From NCBI GenBank assembly GCA_963741945.1, contig CAVUKA010000001.1, positions 1,312,001-1,376,000 on the forward strand: a stretch of 64,000 bases of DNA, read 5' to 3'. A program made the position numbers and the translations under genes. Position 1 is the stretch's first letter, and each line of letters begins with the position of its first letter. This document shows positions 28,952-39,053 of the stretch, in pieces. This stretch comes from an uncultured Gemmatimonadales bacterium. GTDB taxonomy: Bacteria; Gemmatimonadota; Gemmatimonadetes; Longimicrobiales; RSA9. The notes below the pieces were generated by a model. That model worked only from the letters and a program-made list of their open reading frames with translations, made no database searches and was not told the origin of the DNA.

Positions 28952-31116
28952 CCGTTCCCTTCCCTCGACTCGTCCAATGCTCGCAACTGCTCCGCCACCG
29001 CCGGGTCCCGGAGTGCTCCGAGCGGGCGACGAGCCCGCCTCCGCCAGTTCCGGTCCGTGGTGGTCCCCGGCACGTTCTGGGGCTCCATCTCCAGCCACAG
29101 GTCCTCCAGCGTCGCAAGGACCAATCCGGCCCGCGAGCTCCCCATCCACCTCAGCCATTCCCCGTGCACCCTCCTCGCCTCCTCCACGTTCCTGCTCCCG
29201 GCCGGGTGCGACGGCGCGGGCGTGGCCGCTTCCGGGGCTCCAGCCCCCTCCGCGCGCTCGTCCGTGACCGGGCGCGCCCCGGTGCCTGATACACCGGCCC
29301 AGTGCGCCAGCTTGCGCCTCAGCTCCGCCCGCCCCTCCAGCTCCGCTTCGGCTCGCTCCGACGACATCAGCCCCAGCTCGCGGCGCATCTCCGCGTCCCT
29401 TCCCCACCACCACCCCGCGAACGTGGGCGTGTCGTGCGTATCGATGGAGGCCAGCGCACCCGGCGGCACCGGCCGCGGGAGGAGGGTGCCCCCCGCCCCC
29501 TCCGTCAGCTCGAACTCGCCGACCCACATGCCCGGGAACCCGTGGCGGCGCATGGCTCGTCGCACCTCTCGCGGCACCGTCCCCAGGTCCTCCCCCACGA
29601 TCACGGCCCCCGCGCGTCGCGACTCGAGGCAGAGGATCGCGTACAGCTCCTCCGCCGGATAGCGAACGTAGACGCCATGCGCGGAGTCCACACCGCTCGG
29701 GACCCAGAACATCCGGTGAAGCTGCATCACATGGTCGATCCGCAGCACGCGGGCGAAGCGCAGGTGCTTGCGGATGGATGCGATGAAGTAGGCGTGCCGC
29801 TGCTGCCGGCTCTCTTCGGGGTGCAGCGGAGGGAAGCCCCAGTTCTGGCCGCCCGTGGCCAGTGGGTCGGGCGGTGCGCCCGCGGCCGCCCCGGTGGCGA
29901 AGATCGCGCGCTCGCGCCAGACGTCGTAGCCGTCGGGGTGCACGCCCAGCGGGAGGTCGAGGTACAGCCCCACACCCCGGTCCTCCGCCGATTCCTTCGC
30001 CTGCGCCAGCTCCCGCTCCGCCGCCCACTGGACGTACACGTGGTAGCGCGCGGCCTCTTCCGGGTAATCGCCCGGGCGCACGTCCCGCGCTCGCAGCCGG
30101 TCCGGCCAGCGGGGCCACGGCCCTCGCGCTTCCGTCAGCGCGCGGAACCGCGCGTAGTCTTCCACTCGCGGGTTCCTGGCCCGGAACGCCTCCATCTCCG
30201 CCGGCCAGCCGCTGCCGCCGCCGAACAGCTCCACCGCCCGCCGCTCCAGCGGCGGCCTCTTCACCGCCATTGCCGACCGGCCATCGAACGGGGCCGGTCT
30301 GCCGGAGCCCGAGCCGCGGGGCCGGGTCGCGACCGCCGCGCCCGCGCCGGCGTCCGGCCGGACGTACACCTCGTTCCAGAACAGGCGGCTCACCGGCGCG
30401 TACGGGCTCGGCTCGTACGGGTGGTCGAGGAACGACGCCAGCAGCGGGAGCGTTCCCACCACCGTTCCGCCATGGCGCGCCACTTCCCCGGCCAGCCGGT
30501 CCAGAAGGTCGAACGTGGGCGCGCCTCCACCCTCCGCATAGAGCGCGTACAGCGGGGCGAACACGCCCCAGTGGCGGCCCTCCCCCAGCGCCTCCCACCC
30601 GGCCGCCCGCGCCGGCGCCGACACCAGCAGTGCCGTATGCGCTTCCGGCGGGCGACCTGCAGCATTCACGGTCACGTGCAGGTCGTGATAGCCGTGCGGG
30701 AGAGCGGGGAGCGGCACGCTCACGCGCGTCCAGGCCATGCCGTCCACCGTGGCCGATTCCATGGCTTCCAGCGACTCCGTTTCCGCCGACCACGCCCGCT
30801 CGCCGGCGTCCTCCAGCACCACAACGACCTCGAGACGGGCCGGACGGGTGCCGCGCAGCCGGACGCCGAACGAGGACGGGCGATCGTCCCACGCCACCAC
30901 CAGCGGCTCCAGCGCCCGCTCCCACCGCTCCCGACGGCCGCGCGCCACGAGCCGGGGCGCGTCGCCGGCTTCGCGCAGCGGCACCCGCAGCGCGCGCAGC
31001 GCGGCCATCAGCGATTCCGGCGATGCGGTCACCCGCTGGCCGTCGTTGTCCCTGTACGCGGTCTGGACGCCGTGCAGCAGGGCGAGGTCGTGCAGTCCCT
31101 TCGGCGCGGCGGGCAT
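28948..31116 (-). CDS. malQ: 4-alpha-glucanotransferase (GH77)
   Basis: [40 protein letters not shown] and THDTPT motifs. Confidence 0.95.
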   Translation of the reverse strand: MPAAPKGLHDLALLHGVQTAYRDNDGQRVTASPESLMAALRALRVPLREAGDAPRLVARGRRERWERALEPLVVAWDDRPSSFGVRLRGTRPARLEVVVVLEDAGERAWSAETESLEAMESATVDGMAWTRVSVPLPALPHGYHDLHVTVNAAGRPPEAHTALLVSAPARAAGWEALGEGRHWGVFAPLYALYAEGGGAPTFDLLDRLAGEVARHGGTVVGTLPLLASFLDHPYEPSPYAPVSRLFWNEVYVRPDAGAGAAVATRPRGSGSGRPAPFDGRSAMAVKRPPLERRAVELFGGGSGWPAEMEAFRARNPRVEDYARFRALTEARGPWPRWPDRLRARDVRPGDYPEEAARYHVYVQWAAERELAQAKESAEDRGVGLYLDLPLGVHPDGYDVWRERAIFATGAAAGAPPDPLATGGQNWGFPPLHPEESRQQRHAYFIASIRKHLRFARVLRIDHVMQLHRMFWVPSGVDSAHGVYVRYPAEELYAILCLESRRAGAVIVGEDLGTVPREVRRAMRRHGFPGMWVGEFELTEGAGGTLLPRPVPPGALASIDTHDTPTFAGWWWGRDAEMRRELGLMSSERAEAELEGRAELRRKLAHWAGVSGTGARPVTDERAEGAGAPEAATPAPSHPAGSRNVEEARRVHGEWLRWMGSSRAGLVLATLEDLWLEMEPQNVPGTTTDRNWRRRARRPLGALRDPAVAEQLRALDESREGNG

Positions 31117-34100
31117 CAGGCCTTTCCGTTCAGGAGCTGCCGGATGCCGAGGATCGGGACCCGCACCCAGTCGGGACGGTTGTTCAGCTCGTAGCCGAGC
31201 TCGTAGACGGCCTTCTCCAGCAGGTGCGCCTCCAGGAGCGTGCGCAGCTGGTCCTCCCGCGTGGGGAGGAACGCCTGCCCCTTCTCGCCCGCCCGCGCTT
31301 CCCGCAGGTACGCGCGCAGGAACGCCGCGCTCGCCCAGCCGGCCCAGAACCGCACCCAGCGCTCGGGCTTCTGCCGGTCCTTCGGCCGGGACGCCCCCCG
31401 CGCCTCCTCGTCCGCGAGGGCCGTGTAGGCCGCATAGTGGAACGAGCGCAGCATCCCGGCCACGTCCGACAGCGGTGACCGCTTCAGCCGCCGCTCCGTC
31501 AGCGGCCTGGCCGGCTCCCCCTCGAAATCGATGATGATGAAGTCGCGGCCCGTGTACAGCACCTGACCGAGATGGTAGTCGCCATGGGTGCGGATGCGCT
31601 GCGCATCCATCTTCTCCCCCACCAGCGCTCCCATCCGCGACAGGATCTCGCCACTCCGCTCCAGCACCGAGCCCGCGTCGCTCCGCACGGCCTCGGGCAG
31701 CATGCGCAACTCACGGGACAGCGTCTGCAGCGTCCGCCCGGTCAGGTTCCGCATGGACTGGTACAGCGACCGCTGGTACAGCGCGCTGAACGGCTCGGGC
31801 GCGAATTCCTTCCGGTCGATCCCGGCGGCCAGGGCGCGGTGCATTTCCGCCGTCCTCTGGCCGATGGTCCGGGCGGCCTCCAGGTACGATCCCAGGAGCT
31901 GCTTCGCCAGCTCGGGGGGCGCGTCGGCCGCTGCACGCTCCAGCATCCCGTTCACGTCCAGCGCCAGCCGGTCCGGCTTCGCTTCCGTGCTCCGCGCCCG
32001 CTCGAAGAAGCCGCTCAGCCCGTCCAGCGTGTACGACCAGGCGTCGCCCTCGTTGGCGACGTACCGCTTCAGCACGCCCACTGTCGATACCGCCCGACCC
32101 TGTACGTACGAGAGGTCGCCCACCACCGGCGGGGTGTGCTCGAACCCTTTCCCCACCAGCTGCCGCGCGATCTCCACGTCCGGGTTCACCCCCGGGTCAA
32201 CCTTGCGGAACAGCTTGAAGAACAGCTCGCCTCCGAACATCAGCGACGTGTTGCTCTGCTCCACTCGCACCATCTGCGGCTTCAGCGACTTCGGGTCCGT
32301 GCGACGCCGGTCCCGGAACTCCTTCGCCAGCGTTCCCACCAGCTCGCCCTTCTCGCCGCGCAGCTTCCGCGGCGTGGCCATCACCCGCAGCAGCTCGTTC
32401 GCGAACGCGGGATCCACCATCGGATCGAACAGCAGCCCCGCGTGGCCATCCTCGCCCGGCCCGGACGCGCCCGCCAGTCGCGCGATCACCGCGTGCGGCT
32501 GCTCCTTCTCCAGCCGTACCGCGTGCCGCCCTTCCGCGTGCGCCACCGGAAGCACGTACGTCTCCGCGTCCCCCTGCACATAGTTCACCCGCACCAGCAT
32601 GAGGTACGACGCCACTTCCCGCGTGCTGGCGTCCAGCGCTTCGACCACTTCCGCGCTCCGGACCTTCCGGGCCTTCCCGCCGAACCACCGCCTGGGCTGC
32701 AGGTACTCCGGCAGCACCTGCTCCAGCGCCTCCCGGTCGTCACCCGTGACCAGCGACCGCCAGTCGCCACCCGCGGGCGCCAGCGCCGGCCACTCCGGTC
32801 GCAGCCCCAGCTCCTCGCCCGGCTGCTCCCCGCTCCGCTCCGGCGTCAGCTGGAACCAGTAGAACGTATGCGGCCCCATGGTCAGGAAGTACGGCAGCTC
32901 GCCGATCCGGGGGAACTCGGTGTGCCCGAACAGCTCCACGGGCACCCGCCCCTCGTACGCCGACAGGTCCAGCTCCGCCGCCTGCGTGAAGCGTGAGAGA
33001 TTCGCCACCACCAGGATGTGCTCGCCCTCGTGCTCGCGGACGAACACCAGCACTTTGCGGTTCTCCGGTTGGAGGTACTCGATGCTCCCGCGGCTGAACG
33101 CCTGGAACCGCTTCCGCAGCGCGATCAGGCGACGCATCCACCACAGCAGAGAGCTCGGGTTGTTGTGCTGCGCCTCCACGTTCACCGCCTCGAAGTGGTA
33201 CTCCGGGTCGGTGACCACGGGGAGGTACAGCTTCTGGGGGTTCGCCCGGCTGAAGCCCGCGTTCCGGTCACCGCTCCACTGCATCGGCGTGCGGACGCCA
33301 TCCCGGTCGCCCAGGTACACGTTGTCGCCCATCCCGATCTCGTCGCCGTAATACAGCACCGGCGTGCCCGGGAGCGACATGAGCAGCCCGTTCAGCAGCT
33401 CGATCTTGCGACGATTGTTCCCCAGCAGCGGGGCCAGCCGGCGCCGGATCCCCAGGTTGATCCGCATCTGCGGGTCCTGCGCGTACATGCGGTACATGTA
33501 ATCCCGCTCTTCGTCCGTCACCATCTCGAGCGTCAGCTCGTCGTGGTTCCGCAGGAACACCGCCCACTGCGCGTTGTCCGGGATCTGCGGCGTCTGGTCC
33601 AGGATGTCGAGGATCGGGAAGCGGTCCTCCATCTGCACGGACATGAACAGCCGCGGCATCACGGGGAAATGGAACGACATGTGGCACTCGTCCCCGTTGC
33701 CGAAGTACTCGACCGCGTCCTCCGGCCACTGGTTCGCTTCCGCCAGCAGCATGCGGTTGGCGTACCGCTCCTCGATGTGCGTCGCGCAACTCCTTCAGCA
33801 GCTCGTGGCTCTCCGGCAGGTTCTCGCAGTTCGTCCCTTCCCGCTCGTACAGGTACGGGATCGCGTCCAGGCGCATCCCGTCCACCCCCATCTTCCACCA
33901 GAAGTCCATGGCCCTGAACACTTCCCGGTGCACGGCCGGGTTGTCGTAGTTCAGGTCCGGCTGCTTCGCGTAGAACCGGTGCCAGTAGTACTGCTCCGCC
34001 ACCGGGTCCCAGCTCCAGTTGCTCGCCTCGAAGTCCTGGAAGATGATCCGCGCGTCCCGGTACTTCTCCGGTGAGTCGCTCCACACGTAGAAGTCACGGT

Positions 34101-34521
34101 GGCTCGACCCTTTTTTCGACCGCCTGGCCCGCTGGAACCACGGGTGCTGGTCCGAAGTGTGGTTGATCACCAGCTCCGTGATCACCCGGATCCCCCGCTT
34201 GTGCGCCTCCTTCAGGAAACGCCGGAAGTCCGCCACGGTCCCATACGCCGGGTGCACCTCCGTGTAGTCCGCGATGTCGTACCCATCATCGAACCAGGGT
34301 GACGGGTAGAACGGCAGCAGCCAGAGCGCCGTCACCCCCAGGTCCTCCAGGTAGTCCAGCTTCTCGGTCAGCCCCCGGAAGTCCCCCATCCCGTCCCCGT
34401 TCGTGTCGAAGAACGCCCGTACGTTGACCTCGTAGATGATGGCATCCTTGTACCAGAACGGGTCGTCCGGCGAGACATCGGGCTTCAGTGGAAGTTTCGG
34501 CTTGCTGGCTTTGGCTGGCAT
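31116..34521 (-). pseudogene. treS: Trehalose synthase / maltokinase (TreS-Pep2/Mak) fusion with a +1 frameshift near 33782 (pseudogene or sequencing error)
   Basis: N-terminal part ([28 protein letters not shown]) is in ORF 33268..34521. C-terminal part ([43 protein letters not shown]) is in ORF 31116..33752. Removing one base gives ...[22 protein letters not shown]. Confidence 0.9.
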
Positions 34522-34681
34522 TTCTGGCCTGGTTCGTGGCTCTATCGGGCGGTCTCTTCCGGCGCGACGGTCCCGCGGCCGTTACACGCCGATCTGGAAC
34601 CGCCCGTGAGGAAGGGTCGAATCCGGCTCCGACGGGCGGTTCGAGGACGAGGGCAGCGAGCGTCCGACCCGGGCTGCTGCG

Positions 34682-36748
34682 TCAGAACTCCTCCCGGGAC
34701 TGCTCCGTCCTCGGGCCGCTCCGTGTCACCCGGAAGATGTGCGCCGGGAAAACGTGTGGATTCAGCTCGACGTAGTTGTCCCAGCCGCGCCACACGTAGC
34801 GCGCGTCGCTGAGCAGGTCCTGGACTTCGAAGCTCTCGTCGTGGTGGATCCCCCAATCGTCCAGCGGCAGGTGGACCATCGAAGGCTGCGTATGCCGCGG
34901 ATCCAGGTTGACCACCACCAGGATGAGATTCCCGTCGTCGCCCGGCTTCGGCTCCAGGTAGCGGTAGTGGTACGGGCGGCCGTCACCGTGGCTCCACTTG
35001 CTGTAGACCAGGACCTGGTCGTTGTCGGCAGGATGGAAGCGGAGCGAGCGGTTGTGCTGCAGGGCCGGGTTCTCCCGACGAATCCGGTTGATGCGCCGGA
35101 TGTACTCCGTCAGGGAGTCGGCCTCGTAGTTCCAGTCCCGGATCTGGTACTTCTCGCTGTCCAGGTACTCCTCCTTGCCGGCCTCCCGCGCGCGGCCTTC
35201 CATCAGCTCGAACGCCGGGCCGTAGATCCCGTAGCTCGACGACAGCGTGGCGGCCAGCACCAGGCGCTGCAGGTACATGGGCTTCTCCCCCATCTGCAGC
35301 TGGTCCGTGAGGATGTCCGGCGTGTTCGGCCACGCGTTCGGCCGGAAGAAGTCCGCCACGGGCGGCGCCGACAGCTCCTGGAAGTACTCCTCGATCTCCC
35401 ACTTCGCCCGGCGCCACGCGAAGTAGGTGTAGCTCTGTGTGAAGCCGAGCTTCGCCAGCCGGTACATCACCTTCGGGCGCGTGAACGCTTCAGACAGGAA
35501 GATCAGCTCGGGGTACTCGGACTTCAGCCGCCCGATGCACCACTCCCAGAACCGCATGCTCTTCGTGTGCGGGTTGTCCACACGGAACACCCGCACGTCC
35601 GCCTTCTCCACCCAGTACCGGAACACGCTCTCCATCTCCCGCCACAGCGCACGCCAGTCTTCCGTCTCGAAGTCCAGCGGGTAGATGTCCTCGTACTTCT
35701 TCGGCGGGTTCTCCGCGTACGCGATGCTCCCGTCCGGGCGGTGCCGGAACCAGTCCGGGTGCTCCTTCACCCACGGGTGGTCCGGCGATACCTGGAAGGC
35801 GACGTCGAGCGCCAGCTCGATCCCGTGCTCCTCCCGCGCCCGCTTCACAAGCCGCTTCAGGTCCGACAGCTTCCCCAGCCCCGGGTGGATCGCCTTGTGA
35901 CCGCCTTCCTCCGACCCGATCGCCCACGGCGAGCCCACGTCCTCACGCGCCGCATCCGGCGTGTTGTTCTTCCCCTTCCGGTGCGTGCTCCCGATCGGGT
36001 GGACCGGCGGAAGGTACAGCACGTCGAAGCCGAGCTCCGCCACGTAGTCCAGGTGCGCTTCCACGTCGCGGAACGTCCCGTGCTCTCCCGACGCGCCCAG
36101 GGATCGGGGGAAAAGCTCGTACCACGCGCTGAACCGCGCCCGGTCCGGGTCGACCACCAGCCGCAGCACTCGCGCGTAACGCGTGGCACGCGTGCGATCC
36201 GCATGCTCCCGCATCAGCGCCGCGATACCCCCCGAGAACGCCCCTTCCGCCCTCGCTGCCGCCGGCTCGGCCGGAGACGTCAGCCTCCCCGCCAGCGTCG
36301 AGAGCGTGGATGCGTGCTCCGGTGACTCCGTCGCCCGCTCCGCCGCCGCCTCCAGCAGCCGGGATCCCGCGACCAGTTGCGTTGCCACGTCCACGCCCGC
36401 TTCCAGCCACTTCCGCATCCCCGCCACCCAGGTCGACCACGGGTCCGGCCACGCTTCCACCGTGTACTCCCACCGGCCCACCTCGTCCGCGCGGAAGGAA
36501 CCGCGCCACCGGTCGTTGTACGCCAGAGACATCGGTGTCTCCCGCCACTGCCGCTTCCCTTCCTTCCGGTACAGCAGCGCCACCGCGATGGCATCGTGCC
36601 CGTCCGCGTACGCGTCGCACTCCACGGGGATCGCGCCCGCCGTCCCCTTCGACGGGAACCGGCCGCCATCCACTTCCGGCTCCACCGCCTCGATGATCAC
36701 GCGGCTGCGGGCATTCGATGGGAAAACGTCTTTCGCTCGGGCCATCAC
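34682..36748 (-). CDS. glgE: Alpha-1,4-glucan:maltose-1-phosphate maltosyltransferase
   Basis: WYELFPRS, YLPPVHPIG, GSPWAIG, AENPPKKYEDIYP, FRVDNPHTK, AEAFT-like LSEAFT and NTPDIL motifs. Confidence 0.96.
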   Translation of the reverse strand: MMARAKDVFPSNARSRVIIEAVEPEVDGGRFPSKGTAGAIPVECDAYADGHDAIAVALLYRKEGKRQWRETPMSLAYNDRWRGSFRADEVGRWEYTVEAWPDPWSTWVAGMRKWLEAGVDVATQLVAGSRLLEAAAERATESPEHASTLSTLAGRLTSPAEPAAARAEGAFSGGIAALMREHADRTRATRYARVLRLVVDPDRARFSAWYELFPRSLGASGEHGTFRDVEAHLDYVAELGFDVLYLPPVHPIGSTHRKGKNNTPDAAREDVGSPWAIGSEEGGHKAIHPGLGKLSDLKRLVKRAREEHGIELALDVAFQVSPDHPWVKEHPDWFRHRPDGSIAYAENPPKKYEDIYPLDFETEDWRALWREMESVFRYWVEKADVRVFRVDNPHTKSMRFWEWCIGRLKSEYPELIFLSEAFTRPKVMYRLAKLGFTQSYTYFAWRRAKWEIEEYFQELSAPPVADFFRPNAWPNTPDILTDQLQMGEKPMYLQRLVLAATLSSSYGIYGPAFELMEGRAREAGKEEYLDSEKYQIRDWNYEADSLTEYIRRINRIRRENPALQHNRSLRFHPADNDQVLVYSKWSHGDGRPYHYRYLEPKPGDDGNLILVVVNLDPRHTQPSMVHLPLDDWGIHHDESFEVQDLLSDARYVWRGWDNYVELNPHVFPAHIFRVTRSGPRTEQSREEF

Positions 36749-36864
36749 GCTCCATGGCTGGGGTGTGTCAAGAAATCGTTGTCAGAACAGAAAGCCTACG
36801 CGGCAGACCCTCTGCGCTGCAAGATTCATGGAAGCGAGCTGCCGACCTGGCCCGGCGGCAGGAT

Positions 36865-37209
36865 TCACGCTTCGGAAAGTCGGTACGCGATCCAGAACGT
36901 GTAAATGGCGATGGCCGTGCCCCACGGGAACTTGAGAAGATTGAACAGTCCCAGGATGACGGCCAGCACGATGACCCAGCCGCCCCAGCCGCGGAGCAGC
37001 CCGATCCCGACGATGAAGTTCGGCAGCGACATGATCAGCATGAACGCCCCGGCGAAGCTCCCGATGAGTGCCATCGTGCCGAAGCCCTGGGCGCTGCCGG
37101 AGAGGGCGCCGACGCCGGTGAGCAGGCCGAAGGCGGCCAGCCCCATGAGCAGGTCGAGAATTCCGAGGAAGACCTGGAGCCAGCCGAGGATCCTGACATG
37201 TTTCCGCAT
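36865..37209 (-). CDS. Small integral membrane protein
   Basis: MRKHVRILG...; 3-4 hydrophobic helices ending FPWGTAIAIYTFW. Confidence 0.75.
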   Translation of the reverse strand: MRKHVRILGWLQVFLGILDLLMGLAAFGLLTGVGALSGSAQGFGTMALIGSFAGAFMLIMSLPNFIVGIGLLRGWGGWVIVLAVILGLFNLLKFPWGTAIAIYTFWIAYRLSEA

Positions 37210-37274
37210 GGGAATCTCCCGTTCGAGACCATCCAGCCCGCGGGAGAACCTACGGACGCCAGTACCTCTGCGCT

Positions 37275-38015
37275 TCAATCCGGGATGAGCGCCGGCAGCG
37301 CTTCGCCGGCGGCGGCCTGGACCCACACGTCGACCATGTCCGTGAGCGCGGTGCGCGCGGGATTCACTTCGACGAGCAGGGCGCCCGCGCGCCGGGCGGC
37401 GGCGGCCATGGCCCGGATGTAGCCGAATGTCGCTTCGGTCCCGATCACGAGCGCGACGTCCGCGCCGCCCGCGAGGAAGCTCTCCACGCGCAGGAGCGGC
37501 GCCTCCGGCAGCATCTCGCCGAACCACACCACGGCGGGTCGCAGCGCGGCGCCGCACGCGCGGCATCGTGGTGGCCGGACCGGGAGCGGGTGCGTCCGAT
37601 CCTCCACCTCGCGGCCGCACCCCGTGCACCGCACGCGCCAGATGGAGCCGTGGATGTGGACCACGTCGCCGCTCCCGGCGCGCTCGTGGAGATCGTCCAC
37701 GTTCTGCGTGGCCACGAGCACGTGCCTGCCGGCTCCCTCCAGCGCGGCCAGCGCCACGTGCGCCGGATTGGGCTCCGCTCCGGCCATCAGACCACGGCGG
37801 TGTTCGTACCACTCCCACACCCGCGACGGGTCCCGGCCGAACGCTTCGGGCGTGGCGAGTCGCGTCGGGTCCTGGTTCCGCCACCATCCCTCCCGGCCCC
37901 GGAAGGTGGGGATCCCGGATTCCGCGGACACGCCCGCGCCCGTCAGGGCGATGATGCGCCCGCTGTTCCCGATCGCCGCTCTGGCCCGCGCGCGGTCCCG
38001 CTTCCGGTCGCTCAC
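37275..38015 (-). CDS. cobB: NAD-dependent protein deacylase (sirtuin, class III)
   Basis: TGAGVSAESGIPTFRG, TQNVDDLHERAG, HIHGS, CxxC...CxxC and RPAVVWFGE motifs. Confidence 0.93.
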   Translation of the reverse strand: MSDRKRDRARARAAIGNSGRIIALTGAGVSAESGIPTFRGREGWWRNQDPTRLATPEAFGRDPSRVWEWYEHRRGLMAGAEPNPAHVALAALEGAGRHVLVATQNVDDLHERAGSGDVVHIHGSIWRVRCTGCGREVEDRTHPLPVRPPRCRACGAALRPAVVWFGEMLPEAPLLRVESFLAGGADVALVIGTEATFGYIRAMAAAARRAGALLVEVNPARTALTDMVDVWVQAAAGEALPALIPD

Positions 38016-38130
38016 CCCGGCATCTTGTCGCCCGCGCAGTCGAGGCGCCAGCGCGTTGTCGGCGCCTCGAACGATCCTTGCGCACCTGTACCGGTGGAGC
38101 GCATCACGATGGGAGGATGGGAGGATGATC

Positions 38131-38643
38131 ATGGACGCAGCCTGTTTCCGCCGATTCGTCACGTTCACCAGTGTGGCCATGCTGGTCACCCTCGGCGCGT
38201 GCGGCTCGCCGGAGGACCAGCCGCAGCGGCCGCCTGCCGAGGAGCTGCAGTCGTTCCGGCCGGCGGCCGCTGCCGAGTTCCCGAACGCGCCGAGCCGCAC
38301 GGTCGCGCGGGCGGTCGACCGCGCGGCACTGAACGTCGAGGAAGGAGAGGCGACGTTCTACGCGGACACGTTCGAAGGCAAGCAGACGGCCAGCGGGCGG
38401 CCGTTCGCCCAGGCGGAGATGGTAGCCGCGCACCGCGCATTCCCGTTCGGCACCCGTCTGCGGGTCACCAATCTCCGGAACCAGAGGCGGGCGGAAGTCA
38501 CGGTGGTGGATCGCGGGCCCTACGGCGGCCATGGCCGGCTGACGCCCATCATCGATCTCTCCTCCGCCGCCGCTCGGGAGCTCGGATTCCGGCGCGCTGG
38601 CCGTGCGCGTGTCAGGGTGGAAGTCATGGAATGGGGGCCGTGA
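38131..38643 (+). CDS. rlpA: RlpA-family (DPBB) lytic transglycosylase lipoprotein
   Basis: Lipobox LGAC; GEATFY, TASG, AAHRAFPFGT, VVDRGPY and IIDLS motifs. Confidence 0.88.
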   Translation: MDAACFRRFVTFTSVAMLVTLGACGSPEDQPQRPPAEELQSFRPAAAAEFPNAPSRTVARAVDRAALNVEEGEATFYADTFEGKQTASGRPFAQAEMVAAHRAFPFGTRLRVTNLRNQRRAEVTVVDRGPYGGHGRLTPIIDLSSAAARELGFRRAGRARVRVEVMEWGP

Positions 38644-38757
38644 CCCGCAGGCCGGCGGAGCACAGACCGGGCGGATCTGGGGTCGGACTGTGGAACTCGA
38701 TGGGATACGGCGTCCTCCCGGTTCGCGCGTCCGGGCGCACCCCCACCCCACAGATCT

Positions 38758-38905
38758 CACGAAGGCCACGAACGCCACGAAGGCCACCAAGAAAAAAGAA
38801 TCCGGCGCTTCTGATGCCCCGGCCCGACCCCAACCGGGAGGAAACCAGAAATCCCCGCAATTCCGGCTTTCCCCCCTTCGTGTTGTCCTTCGTGTCCTTC
38901 GTGTC
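38758..38905. repeat. Inverted pair of 9-bp microrepeat arrays
   Basis: (CACGAAGGC)-like x4 at 38758-38791 faces (CTTCGTGTC)-like x3 at 38876-38905. Confidence 0.8.
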
Positions 38906-38970
38906 AAAACCGAACGTCGGGCCGCCCCCCGCCCCAGCCCCCAGCCCCCCGCCCCCCCCCGGAAACACGA

Positions 38971-39007
38971 AGGAGCGGCGCCCCCGATCCCCGGGAACGC
39001 CGCTCCT
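38971..39007. terminator. Hairpin between convergent rlpA and M13 peptidase
   Basis: GGAGCGGCG...CGCCGCTCC stem. Confidence 0.5.
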
Positions 39008-39053
39008 CACGGGGGCGCCGAACGCGCCGACGCCCCCCCCCGTCAGCCCGTCC

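Noticed and set aside
27065-30925. 1286-aa GlgB with a huge N-terminal extension
   Set aside because: The extension is an off-frame overlap of malQ; GlgB homology starts at ATG 28951, coupled to the malQ stop.
33750-33800. Programmed ribosomal frameshift in treS
   Set aside because: No slippery sequence, and the break lies inside the catalytic domain; error or mutation is more likely.
34605-34640. tRNA-like T-loop (GGGTCGAATCC)
   Set aside because: No cloverleaf, D-arm or anticodon arm can be formed.
36805-36835. Sigma54 promoter upstream of glgE
   Set aside because: TTGCA is present on the minus strand, but the essential -24 GG is missing.
37275-38015. Sir2-based anti-phage system (Thoeris/DSR)
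   Set aside because: This is a canonical zinc-binding CobB deacylase in a housekeeping context with no defence partners.
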